This document shows, piece by piece, positions 18,164-26,112 of a DNA stretch of 64,000 bases. Location: assembly GCA_028712175.1 (NCBI GenBank), contig JAQTQQ010000003.1, positions 71,093 to 135,092 on the forward strand, in the 5' to 3' direction. Source of the DNA: Candidatus Omnitrophota bacterium. GTDB taxonomy: Bacteria > Omnitrophota > Gorgyraeia > Gygaellales > Profunditerraquicolaceae. The notes beneath the pieces are model-generated. The model worked only from the letters and a program-made list of their open reading frames with translations, searched no databases and was not told the origin of the DNA. Every line of letters starts with the position of its first letter. Position 1 is the first letter of the stretch. A program made the translations under genes and the position numbers.

Positions 18164-19396
18164 TTGTCAGGGGTATCTGATATGTTGAATGATAATTTGA
18201 ATAAAATGAATAATCCAGCGGACAGTCTGGTCCTATATATTTTGCGCAATACAATAGAAGAAAAAGATGGTTTCAAAATAAAAGATATAATTGCAGGCGG
18301 AATTATTGATTGGGCAAGATTTAAAGATCTGATTATTTGCCATGAGATTGTTGTTATTGCATATTTGGGGCTTAAACCGTATTTTTCTTTGTTGCCGCTT
18401 AAACTGGCTGAATTCTTGAGGGATAGATATTATGCTAATATTGTGCGTTGCCAGCGTCTCCAGCAGGCTTTTTTAGGGATAACCGAGGCAAGTAATAGGC
18501 TGGGGATAAGCGTTGTGCCGATAAAGGGAGTAGCTTTGCTGGAAGACATTTACAAGGGCAGAAATTTGAGGCAAATGGCAGATATTGATATATTGGTTAA
18601 AGAAAATGATTTTTCAAAGCTGGAAGGTGTGCTCTATGGTTTGGGTTACAAAAAAGAATTAGGCGGATTAAAAGAGGGGTATTGGAAGAAAAGCCAATGC
18701 CATATTAGTTTTTTAAAGAAGGAGTCAGGCAATATTACTTTGTTCATAGATGCGCATTGGGCGCTTGATTTTAAACGAAAGAACAGGGTTCTCTTGCCGA
18801 AACTGTGGGATAGGGTCAGAAAACTTGATTTTCAGGGCCGGAATATAGAAGTGCTCTCTCCGGAAGATACTTTTATCAGCTTGGCCATGCATAACCGCAG
18901 GTTTGGCAGGGTACTCGGTTTTAAAAACATTTGTGACTCGGCTTTGCTGCTGGATAAATATGCTTCTTGTTTTGATTGGAGTTATGTCCTAGAGGAAAGC
19001 AGAAAATCAAAATTTTGCTCAACCGTATTCTTTGCGCTTTGTTGCGTAAAGATTCTGTTTTCTGCGCATATCCCTGATTTTGTTTGGAAAGAATTAAAAG
19101 TGGGCAGGTGGAAAAGATTGATTACAACCAGATTCATTGAGAGAAATATTTATTATCCGGTTGACTTTACGCAGGACAAGGATATTTATTTAAAGGCGCA
19201 CTTTCTTCTTTATGACAGCATATTAGAGCCTATAACATATATTCTAAACATACCGCAGGAGCAATTCGCAAAATTTTATAATCTTGTCCAGTATAGCAGG
19301 ATAACCGGTTTTTTTTACCGGTGCCGTTTTCTTTATATTCCGTTTAAGGCAATTTTCTTTAAAAACAAAAATGGTGCGCTAAGACATTCTAAATAG
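18164..19396 (+). CDS. PF14907-like (NTP_transf_5) uncharacterised nucleotidyltransferase family protein
   Basis: 410 aa. ...PIKGVALLEDIYKGRNLRQMADIDILVKENDFSKLEGVLYGLGY... and ...LFIDAHWAL... resemble the Pol-beta-type NTase family that co-occurs with HPr-kinase-like and PqqD genes. Start is TTG 18164 (GGGAGG 12 nt upstream) or ATG 18182. Confidence 0.6.
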   Translation: MSGVSDMLNDNLNKMNNPADSLVLYILRNTIEEKDGFKIKDIIAGGIIDWARFKDLIICHEIVVIAYLGLKPYFSLLPLKLAEFLRDRYYANIVRCQRLQQAFLGITEASNRLGISVVPIKGVALLEDIYKGRNLRQMADIDILVKENDFSKLEGVLYGLGYKKELGGLKEGYWKKSQCHISFLKKESGNITLFIDAHWALDFKRKNRVLLPKLWDRVRKLDFQGRNIEVLSPEDTFISLAMHNRRFGRVLGFKNICDSALLLDKYASCFDWSYVLEESRKSKFCSTVFFALCCVKILFSAHIPDFVWKELKVGRWKRLITTRFIERNIYYPVDFTQDKDIYLKAHFLLYDSILEPITYILNIPQEQFAKFYNLVQYSRITGFFYRCRFLYIPFKAIFFKNKNGALRHSK

Positions 19397-19434
19397 GAAA
19401 ACGGTCAATTTTTTAATCCTGTTTTATATATACT

Positions 19435-19463
19435 TGTTTAAGGGCAGAATATCTGTTACAATT
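19435..19463 (+). promoter_or_regulatory. sigma70-type promoter (TTGTTT-17-TACAAT) upstream of precursor peptide
   Basis: TTGTTT at 19435-19440. Spacer is 17 nt. TACAAT at 19458-19463. Confidence 0.4.
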
Positions 19464-19545
19464 ATTAAAGAAATGATCACTCTATTTTAAAATCCTTTAT
19501 TATGTTGCTTGATTCCTGCAGAGTTGCAAGAAAAGGGGAGATCGG

Positions 19546-19725
19546 ATGCCAAAGAGTAAATTAACCGTTAAAAAGAAATGGGTTGCGCCAAAGCTTAAGA
19601 CAATGTTATTAACAGAAGTTGATGCGCATTTGGCTACCTGTATTAAGTCGGCCGAGTTTGTTAGACCTGCGGATCCGCCAACTTGCCGCGGCCTCGGTAG
19701 CTGTAGCCGTCCTTTTAATAGCTAA
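19546..19725 (+). CDS. Candidate RiPP precursor peptide (59 aa; below ORF-track cutoff)
   Basis: ATG at 19546 is preceded by GGGGAG 5 nt upstream. Translation is MPKSKLTVKKKWVAPKLKTMLLTEVDAHLATCIKSAEFVRPADPPTCRGLGSCSRPFNS. It has a basic leader with W-x-A-P...L-T-E-V and a core with 3 Cys and a C-terminal Ser. It sits between the NTase gene and the HprK-like/rSAM genes. Confidence 0.6.
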   Translation: MPKSKLTVKKKWVAPKLKTMLLTEVDAHLATCIKSAEFVRPADPPTCRGLGSCSRPFNS

Positions 19726-19772
19726 ATTTTAAGCTATCCTGCTATATTCAAAAAAAGATTTTTTCATTAATA

Positions 19773-20633
19773 ATGAGTCCTGCCAGTGATCCTGTAAGAA
19801 ACGATTCTTTTTTAACCATCTCTATAGCTGATATTAAAATTAGGTTTGAGGCTTTAAACAGCCGCCTTCTTAAAAGCCTAAAAGTCCATTATGGTGGTTT
19901 TTGCATATCAAGTGCCATTTCTGATGTCGCGATACGCTTAATTGAAAGGAAAATCTCTGTACCCAACGGTTCTGCGCTATTATACAAAAATAGGACGTGG
20001 AGCGTAGTAAAAGATTCTAAATACAAATGGATCATTTTTTCTGATAATTCGGTTGCCTGTTGCTCGCATGATTGGAGCAGGGTAGATTTCTTTAGCGAAG
20101 GCCCACGGCAGCAATTGCTTTTTTTCTTGTTGCCGGAAATATTGACGATATCCGCATTGCCCAAATTTAAAGGATTAATGGCCCATGGCTGTGGCGTGTT
20201 AGACAGAACAGGAAAGCAGGGCTGGGCTTTTTTAGCTTCTTCTGGCGGAGGAAAGTCTACTATGGCCGGGCTGCTTAAACCCTACGTACGTGTTTTAAAT
20301 GATGATAGAATTATTTTGCGTAAAACTAAGGACGGGGTAAGAATGTATGGGACGCCCTGGCATGGGGAATTATCATTGACTTCATCAAAATCCGTATTGA
20401 TTAGGGATATCTATTTTTTGCAAAAAGCGGGTATTCATAGCATTAATTCAATGAGCAAATTGATATTCCTGAAAGGTTTATTAAAAAATACTGCTTTGCC
20501 TAAATGGGATAACAATGCATATAGGATCACTCTGCGGCTGTTATTTTTTCTGGCGGAATATATGTGCGGCAAAAAGTTGCATTTTGCTAAAAACAGTTCA
20601 GTGTATGGATATATTAAAAGGGAATTGACTTAA
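19773..20633 (+). CDS. HPr kinase/phosphorylase C-terminal-domain-like putative peptide Ser kinase
   Basis: 286 aa. ...MAHGCGVLDRTGKQGWAFLASSGGGKSTMAGLL...VLNDDRIIL... is a P-loop of the HprK-related type (cf. HprK GDSGVGKSE). There is no HprK N-domain. Confidence 0.65.
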   Translation: MSPASDPVRNDSFLTISIADIKIRFEALNSRLLKSLKVHYGGFCISSAISDVAIRLIERKISVPNGSALLYKNRTWSVVKDSKYKWIIFSDNSVACCSHDWSRVDFFSEGPRQQLLFFLLPEILTISALPKFKGLMAHGCGVLDRTGKQGWAFLASSGGGKSTMAGLLKPYVRVLNDDRIILRKTKDGVRMYGTPWHGELSLTSSKSVLIRDIYFLQKAGIHSINSMSKLIFLKGLLKNTALPKWDNNAYRITLRLLFFLAEYMCGKKLHFAKNSSVYGYIKRELT

Positions 20634-20635
20634 GA

Positions 20636-22042
20636 ATGATGCAAGAAGAGGAAATGTTTATCCCTCCGGATGTTGCCTGGCGCCCTGTGGGAGACCGTTT
20701 AGTTGTAATTAAAATTGCATCTGGCCAGCATCCCGAGCATACGATTACCGAGTTAAATAGAGAAGCCGCTCTTATTTGGAAGTTTTTTTCCGAAACAGGG
20801 CTAAGCCATGGCCGGCTCATTGCAAAATTAATGCCGCATTATAATATAAACCGGTCAAGCATGGCTTCGGATATCTCGGCATTTTTGAATAAGGCTATCG
20901 CAAAAGGGCTGCTTCAGAAAACAACTAAAAAAAAGAGCTTTCGGGATGGCCGCCTTGCTTCCCAAGATTTTCCGGTATGGACGGAATATTTCTCTTACTG
21001 TTTTAAAAATCTCATCCCTTATTCAGCGACATTGGAATTAAATACTACCTGTAACCAAAGATGCCTGCACTGTTATAATAACGGACACGGAGAAGCCGGT
21101 TTATCGGCAAAATTGGTTTATAGCGCTTTAGACCAGCTTTCCGATTTGGGAACGATTATTCTCTTGCTTAGCGGAGGCGAGCCTTTGATGCGGAAGGATT
21201 TTTTTAAATTGGCTGCATATGCGCGACAAAGGCATTTTGCCTTAAGAATATTTACTAACGCAACATTAATTGATGAAGAAAGCGCAAAGAAAATCAGCCA
21301 GTTATACCCAATGACTGTTGAAACGAGCCTGTATGGCATATCAAGCCGGGTGCATGAACGGATTACGCAGCGTAAGGGGTCTTTTATGCGTACGATAAAA
21401 GCAATCCGTTTCTTGAAGAAATACCAGGTTCCGGTATTTGTTAAAGTGGTTTTGATGCGTGAAAACGCTGTAGAGATAAAACGGTTGGAGGATTTTGTAG
21501 TTAACATATTAGGAGTTGGGTTTCGTGGTGTAAGCCCTATTATAACCCCAAAAACATCCGGCAATTTTTTGCCCATGAAGCATGTTGTTTCTCGAAATAT
21601 GCTGAAAGAGTATTTAAACAGCTTGCGATATACTGCCTCGGGATTAAAGGCTAAGCCAATGGTTGATAAGAGCAGCAATAAGGCAATAAATAAAGGCCGC
21701 TTGTGTGGTTCCGGAAGGACTACGATTTATATAAATGCAAAAGGCAGACTCTCTCCTTGCTTAGAAGCAGAAACCACAAGCTGGAATATAAAAAAAGATC
21801 GTATTCGTGATTTTTGGCAGAATTCAAGCGAACTTGCGGCGCTTAGATCGTTATCTCCGGAAGCATTGGTGCAGTGTAAGGCCTGTCCGGACAAAGAATT
21901 TTGTATTTTTTCCTGCATTGCTTTATCAAAAAAAATATATGGCGATTATGCCGTTCCTATTAAAAAATATTGTGAATTTACAAAGGTATACAGGGCTTCT
22001 TCTGTAGCAAGCCGAGTGGATCAAAAGAGGCAGTTTATTTAA
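20636..22042 (+). CDS. PqqD-like RRE domain fused to radical SAM / SPASM-domain peptide maturase
   Basis: N-terminal roughly 95 aa is PqqD-like (WRPVGDRLVVIKIASGQHPEHTITELNREAALIWKFF..., ...ISAFLNKAIAKGLL). rSAM cluster CNQRCLHCYN plus LLSGGEPLM. C-terminal SPASM cysteines CGSGRTTIYINAKGRLSPC...CKACPDKEFC. Confidence 0.8.
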   Translation: MMQEEEMFIPPDVAWRPVGDRLVVIKIASGQHPEHTITELNREAALIWKFFSETGLSHGRLIAKLMPHYNINRSSMASDISAFLNKAIAKGLLQKTTKKKSFRDGRLASQDFPVWTEYFSYCFKNLIPYSATLELNTTCNQRCLHCYNNGHGEAGLSAKLVYSALDQLSDLGTIILLLSGGEPLMRKDFFKLAAYARQRHFALRIFTNATLIDEESAKKISQLYPMTVETSLYGISSRVHERITQRKGSFMRTIKAIRFLKKYQVPVFVKVVLMRENAVEIKRLEDFVVNILGVGFRGVSPIITPKTSGNFLPMKHVVSRNMLKEYLNSLRYTASGLKAKPMVDKSSNKAINKGRLCGSGRTTIYINAKGRLSPCLEAETTSWNIKKDRIRDFWQNSSELAALRSLSPEALVQCKACPDKEFCIFSCIALSKKIYGDYAVPIKKYCEFTKVYRASSVASRVDQKRQFI

Positions 22043-22048
22043 TTTTTC

Positions 22049-22077
22049 TTGACAGAAAAAGGTATTTGCATTAACAT
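22049..22077 (+). promoter_or_regulatory. sigma70-type promoter (TTGACA-17-TAACAT)
   Basis: TTGACA at 22049-22054. Spacer is 17 nt. TAACAT at 22072-22077. Lies upstream of the membrane protein gene. RBS AGGAGAGGAG precedes ATG 22145. Confidence 0.4.
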
Positions 22078-22144
22078 TACAAATAATAAACCGCACCGTT
22101 GATTGGTGAGGGCTGCTTAAGGCAGCAGCCAGGAGAGGAGCCAA

Positions 22145-22645
22145 ATGCTAGCAATTAGTTTAATTTTAATCGGAATATTATTCAGGTTTATACCGCATAC
22201 CGCAAATTTTACCCCAGTGGCTGCGATTGCTTTGTTTGCCGGGGTATATTTAAACAAAAAACAGGCTTTAATTGTGCCGCTTTTACTTATGATTATAAGC
22301 GACATTTTCTTAGGAATGCATAATGTGGTTATTTTTACCTGGGGAAGTTTTCTTCTTGTTACCCTTGTTGGCTTTTGGGCAAGAGGCCGTAAGAGCGTCA
22401 GGCGAACGGTTTTTGCAACAATAGTTTCTTCTGTTTTATTTTATCTGGTAACTAATTTTGGTGTTTGGTCCATGGGTTGGTATCCTCAGAATTTAAAAGG
22501 ATTATTGGACTGCTATATTCTGGGCCTGCCATTTTTACGCATATTTAGTATTTCGACTCTTTTATATACGGCAATTTTCTTTGGTGCTTACGAATTAATT
22601 GCTTCAAAGCTCCGTAATACAAAATTAGCCAAAGTTCTTTTGTAA
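22145..22645 (+). CDS. Small polytopic membrane protein (5 TM; ECF-S-component-like, function unknown)
   Basis: 166 aa, very hydrophobic, no catalytic motifs. Last gene of the RiPP-like cluster. Confidence 0.5.
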   Translation: MLAISLILIGILFRFIPHTANFTPVAAIALFAGVYLNKKQALIVPLLLMIISDIFLGMHNVVIFTWGSFLLVTLVGFWARGRKSVRRTVFATIVSSVLFYLVTNFGVWSMGWYPQNLKGLLDCYILGLPFLRIFSISTLLYTAIFFGAYELIASKLRNTKLAKVLL

Positions 22646-22661
22646 TAAGTTTTAAAAAACA

Positions 22662-22932
22662 GGTTTGTTAAGAGCAAGGGAAGGCCGTGTAAATCGGCCA
22701 CAGTTCCCGCTGCTGTAACTCCGCCCTTTTAAGGGAACCAATTTGGTAAGTTTTATGCCACTGTCTATAATGGATGGGAAGGCAAGCCAAAAAGGCGGAG
22801 GAGTCAGAAGACCTCTCTTAGGCAAACGAAATTGTTCAATGCGACTTTTAAGCCCGCGGACAGGCTTAAATGGGTTAAAAAGCAGGGATAACCCTTGAGT
22901 TAATTTTATTAAACTCAAGGGTTTTTTGTTTT
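22662..22932 (+). promoter_or_regulatory. Cobalamin riboswitch with terminator/antiterminator expression platform
   Basis: Core AGCAAGGGAAGGCCGTGTAAATCGGCCACAGTTCCCGCTGCTGTAAC matches the B12-element consensus (AGGGAA..GGTGnAAnTCC...CCCGCnaCTGTAA). A second GCCACTG box lies at about 22757. The 3' end has the alternative hairpins GGGTTAaaaagcagggaTAACCC versus aacccttgagtt...aactcaaggg plus a T-run. Confidence 0.65.
22890..22932 (+). terminator. Intrinsic terminator of riboswitch expression platform
   Basis: aacccttgagtt-aattttatta-aactcaaggg followed by ttttttgtttt. Confidence 0.6.
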
Positions 22933-22954
22933 ATGCAAGTCCGAGAATGGAGAA

Positions 22955-24964
22955 ATGATGTTGTGGAATAAATTAGCGGCACAGTTTTTGGTTTTATTAA
23001 CACTTGTTTTAGGGATGTTTGTTTTTGGGTACGCAGAGGATGTGGATTTAGAAAAGATTGTAGTGACTCCGTATCGCTATAGTGAAAGCATGGGAAATAC
23101 TCCCGCCAGCATTTCTGTAATTAATTCCGATGAAATATTTGATTCCGCCTCGTTTAGTACCGTGGGGATCTTATCAGGGTTGCCCGGAGTGGTGGTTAGG
23201 GATTGGTCAGGTAACGGCTCTAAGGCGACTGTAGATATCAGGGGTTTTGGAGAGCAGGCAGGCATGAATGTGCTTGTGTTAATAAATGGCAGGCGGGTAA
23301 ATGAAATTGATTTGTCCGGGACGGACTGGACGCAAATACCTGTGGATCAGATAGAAAGAATTGAGGTTTTAAGGGGCGGGTTTGGCGCTGTGTTATATGG
23401 GGACAACGCTACAAGCGGAGTAATAAATATAATTACAAAGAGAGGCGGACCAGAGCCTTTGTCCACAGAGCTTATTGCTGAATACGGCAGTTATGATATG
23501 AATAAACAGGCAATTAATTTAAGCGGCACAGTCAGTAATTTTAATTATATTTTATCTACCAGCAGAGAAGGCACGCATGGTTATAGGAATAATACTTATT
23601 TTAACGGAGCGGATTTTTCAACCCGGCTTGATTATAAAATAGATGCTACAGATACATTGTTACGTTTTAGCCAGGCCTATAACAAGTCTAATTATGGGCT
23701 TCCCGGCGCGCTTTCTACGGCAAATTTAGCCCGATTCAACCGAAGGTATTCTGCCTACGGCGATGATCACGCTAAAGATATTGATTATAATTTTGTCCTG
23801 GGGTTTGACCAGGCAACAGGAGATTACGGTAAGTTTTCTTTTGATACGTCGTACCGTAAGCGCAGAACTTTCACGAATTTTATCGGGGCAAACGGAGGGT
23901 ATAACCCTATTATTAAATCCAGCATCAATACGATCGGATTTAATCCTAAATATGTATTTGAAAAAACTTTATTTTCATTGAATAATAAAGCGATATTAGG
24001 CTCGGATTTTTACCGCTACGACCTGCAGTCAGATACTTATGATTTGTCAGTAATTAAACAAAGCGATAATTACGTAAGAAAAACCTCTGCCGCTTTATAC
24101 CTGCAGGACGAGCTTAAGCTTAATGAAAGGATTACGCTTACCGCTGGCTATCGCTACGAAAATATTAATTATGATTTTAATTACAACGATTATTCCGCGT
24201 TTTTCCCGAATCCTCCGGTTGATTCAAAGACGGGATTAAATGCGGTTGCTTATAATGTCGGTTTAGCTTACAAGTATGATAATGGAAATTTATTCATTAA
24301 TCATAACAAGGGGTTTAGGTCGCCGGCTGTTGATGAGTATTTTGTCTATGGGGTATTTAATCCTTCGCTTAAAGACCAGGAAAGCAAGAATATTGAGTTT
24401 GGTGTTCAACATAAAATATCCGACCGTTTAAGTTTTGAGTTTTCCGCTTACCTGATGAACCTTAAAAATGAACTCTATTACAATCCCGCCACATTTAATA
24501 ATGAGAATTATGATAAGACGCGACATCAGGGTATTGAGTTTGTATTTAAGGCTGGCCTGCCTTGGAATTTTAAGCTGTCCGGAAACTATACTTTTGATCA
24601 GGCCGTATTTAAAGAAGGCGATTATAAGGATAAAAGCATCCCTATGGTCCCGGAGCATAAGTTTAATTTAAACCTTGCCTATCCAGTTACAAAATATCTT
24701 ACTTGGAGTTTTTCTTCTAATTATTGGAGCAGCAGCTACTTTATCAATGACCAGTCAAACAGGTGGCCAAGGTTAAAGCAGATGTTTACTTTGGATAGCG
24801 GGCTGGTTTTCGGAAAAGATGACTATAAGCTAAGCTGTGGTATTAATAATATTTTTAATGAAAAGTATTATGAATATGGGGTTTGTAACGCTACAAGCGG
24901 CGCGGTAAATTATTACCCGGCTAGCGGAAGGAATTTCTTCATTAAAGCTACCCGCAAGTTTTAG
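22955..24964 (+). CDS. btuB: TonB-dependent outer-membrane receptor (BtuB-like cobalamin receptor)
   Basis: 669 aa with a signal peptide, a TonB box/plug (DLEKIVVTPYRYSE), a 22-strand barrel region and a C-terminal aromatic (...ATRKF). Immediately downstream of the cobalamin riboswitch. Confidence 0.8.
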   Translation: MMLWNKLAAQFLVLLTLVLGMFVFGYAEDVDLEKIVVTPYRYSESMGNTPASISVINSDEIFDSASFSTVGILSGLPGVVVRDWSGNGSKATVDIRGFGEQAGMNVLVLINGRRVNEIDLSGTDWTQIPVDQIERIEVLRGGFGAVLYGDNATSGVINIITKRGGPEPLSTELIAEYGSYDMNKQAINLSGTVSNFNYILSTSREGTHGYRNNTYFNGADFSTRLDYKIDATDTLLRFSQAYNKSNYGLPGALSTANLARFNRRYSAYGDDHAKDIDYNFVLGFDQATGDYGKFSFDTSYRKRRTFTNFIGANGGYNPIIKSSINTIGFNPKYVFEKTLFSLNNKAILGSDFYRYDLQSDTYDLSVIKQSDNYVRKTSAALYLQDELKLNERITLTAGYRYENINYDFNYNDYSAFFPNPPVDSKTGLNAVAYNVGLAYKYDNGNLFINHNKGFRSPAVDEYFVYGVFNPSLKDQESKNIEFGVQHKISDRLSFEFSAYLMNLKNELYYNPATFNNENYDKTRHQGIEFVFKAGLPWNFKLSGNYTFDQAVFKEGDYKDKSIPMVPEHKFNLNLAYPVTKYLTWSFSSNYWSSSYFINDQSNRWPRLKQMFTLDSGLVFGKDDYKLSCGINNIFNEKYYEYGVCNATSGAVNYYPASGRNFFIKATRKF

Positions 24965-25009
24965 GAGTGTTGTTTCTAAGGGCAGACGTTTTTAATTACT
25001 TTATATTTT

Positions 25010-25068
25010 AGGGACTTCCCTGTTTATTTTCTAAAATAAATGGGATCGTCCCTGATTTTCTGTGTTAA
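25010..25068 (+). terminator. Rho-independent terminator (GGGAC-stem family)
   Basis: agggacttccctgtttatttt-cta-aaaataaatgggatcgtccct followed by gattttctgtg. Confidence 0.45.
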
Positions 25069-25077
25069 AATATTAAC

Positions 25078-25776
25078 ATGCTTACTAACCGGATACTTTG
25101 CGCCGCTTTTATTATTTCACTCCTTGCTCACGGGTTTATTTTTCTGCATTTCCCCAAGCTTAGCTCTCTTCCTATTAAACAAAAGGATCAAAAAACGGAG
25201 GTGCGTTATATTAAGGAAGATTTAGAAGTAAAACCTTTGTCTAAGAATAAATCCTTGCTTGATATACAAAAGCCTATTTATCGGCCTGACCCTTTTTTAA
25301 AACTCGATTCTAAAGTTGTTGCCTTTAGAAAAATCCCTCCGCCTTATATCGAGCAGCAAAATAAATCCCCTAAAACACTCTCTAGCGGTTTTTCGGAATT
25401 TCCCAAGCCAAATTTTTCAAGCCCTGACCTTATGATTATAAAAAAGAAAATTTCCCTGCCTGCGATAGAAATGGCTAAAATCGATAACCCGAGCTATATA
25501 AGTTATTATCAGATTGTGCGTGAGAAGATCCGCCGCAGTGCCTATCAGAATTATACTAAAGATGAAACAGGGGAGGTTTATGTTTCTTTTATCATATCTA
25601 GCGATGGCTATATTAAGGCCGTGCGGTTAGTCGAAGAGAAAACAACAGCCCGCGCCTACCTTAAGGATATTGCCTTAAGAAGCGTCAAGGATGCTTCGCC
25701 TTTTCCAAACTTTCCTAAAGAATTAGATTATCCCCAGCTTTCTTTCAATATTATTATCTCATTCGAAATTGAATAA
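25078..25776 (+). CDS. tonB: TonB family energy transducer (C-terminal TonB domain)
   Basis: N-terminal TM anchor, Pro/Lys-rich linker, and a C-terminal roughly 90 aa TonB_C-like domain (...YVSFIISSDGYIKAVRLVEEK...). Confidence 0.6.
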   Translation: MLTNRILCAAFIISLLAHGFIFLHFPKLSSLPIKQKDQKTEVRYIKEDLEVKPLSKNKSLLDIQKPIYRPDPFLKLDSKVVAFRKIPPPYIEQQNKSPKTLSSGFSEFPKPNFSSPDLMIIKKKISLPAIEMAKIDNPSYISYYQIVREKIRRSAYQNYTKDETGEVYVSFIISSDGYIKAVRLVEEKTTARAYLKDIALRSVKDASPFPNFPKELDYPQLSFNIIISFEIE

Positions 25777-25816
25777 AGAATAATTTTAACCTTACTCCAG
25801 GCAGCCTTTTACTATA

Positions 25817-25878
25817 AGCTACGAGCTAAGAGCTACGAGCTAAGAGCTACGAGCTACGAGCTACGAGCTACGAGCTAA
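25817..25878. repeat. Tandem heptamer array (GAGCTAM)x about 9
   Basis: aagctacgagctaagagctacgagctaagagctacgagctacgagctacgagctacgagctaact. Period is 7 nt, alternating GAGCTAC/GAGCTAA. Confidence 0.7.
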
Positions 25879-25882
25879 CTCA

Positions 25883-25911
25883 TTGACACTAATTTAAAAG
25901 AATGGTATATT
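25883..25911 (+). promoter_or_regulatory. Consensus sigma70 promoter (TTGACA-17-TATATT) for rpsU operon
   Basis: TTGACA at 25883-25888. Spacer is 17 nt. TATATT at 25906-25911. rpsU TTG start is at 25949. Confidence 0.55.
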
Positions 25912-25948
25912 ATTAGTCTAAAATTTAATACGAAAGGAGATGATTAGA

Positions 25949-26110
25949 TTGACTCAGGTTGAAATCAAGAAAGACGAATCTTTTGAGTCTGCTTTGCGCA
26001 GGTTTAAGAAAAAGATTGAGCAGGAAGGCATCTTGCGCGAGGTCCGCGACCGCAAACATTACGAAAAACCAAGCGAGCGAAAAAGAAAAAAAGCAAAATC
26101 CAGAAAATAA
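25949..26110 (+). CDS. rpsU: 30S ribosomal protein S21 (short form, TTG start; not in ORF track)
   Basis: Translation [53 protein letters not shown]. The [12 protein letters not shown]...[14 protein letters not shown] core is diagnostic of S21. GGAG lies 9 nt upstream of the TTG. Confidence 0.8.
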   Translation: MTQVEIKKDESFESALRRFKKKIEQEGILREVRDRKHYEKPSERKRKKAKSRK

Positions 26111-26112
26111 GC

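Noticed and set aside
22652-22918. Minus-strand 88-aa ORF
   Set aside because: Lies entirely inside the cobalamin riboswitch on the opposite strand. The structured-RNA explanation is far stronger.
19440-24986. Shared 10-mer TAAGGGCAGA in the promoter spacer upstream of the precursor peptide (19440-19449) and just after btuB stop (24977-24986)
   Set aside because: A single 10-nt match in 64 kb (both strands) is expected by chance at roughly the 10% level. Without more copies it cannot be called a regulatory motif.
25817-25878. Possible CRISPR array
   Set aside because: Period is only 7 nt with no unique spacers and no cas genes. It is a simple tandem repeat.
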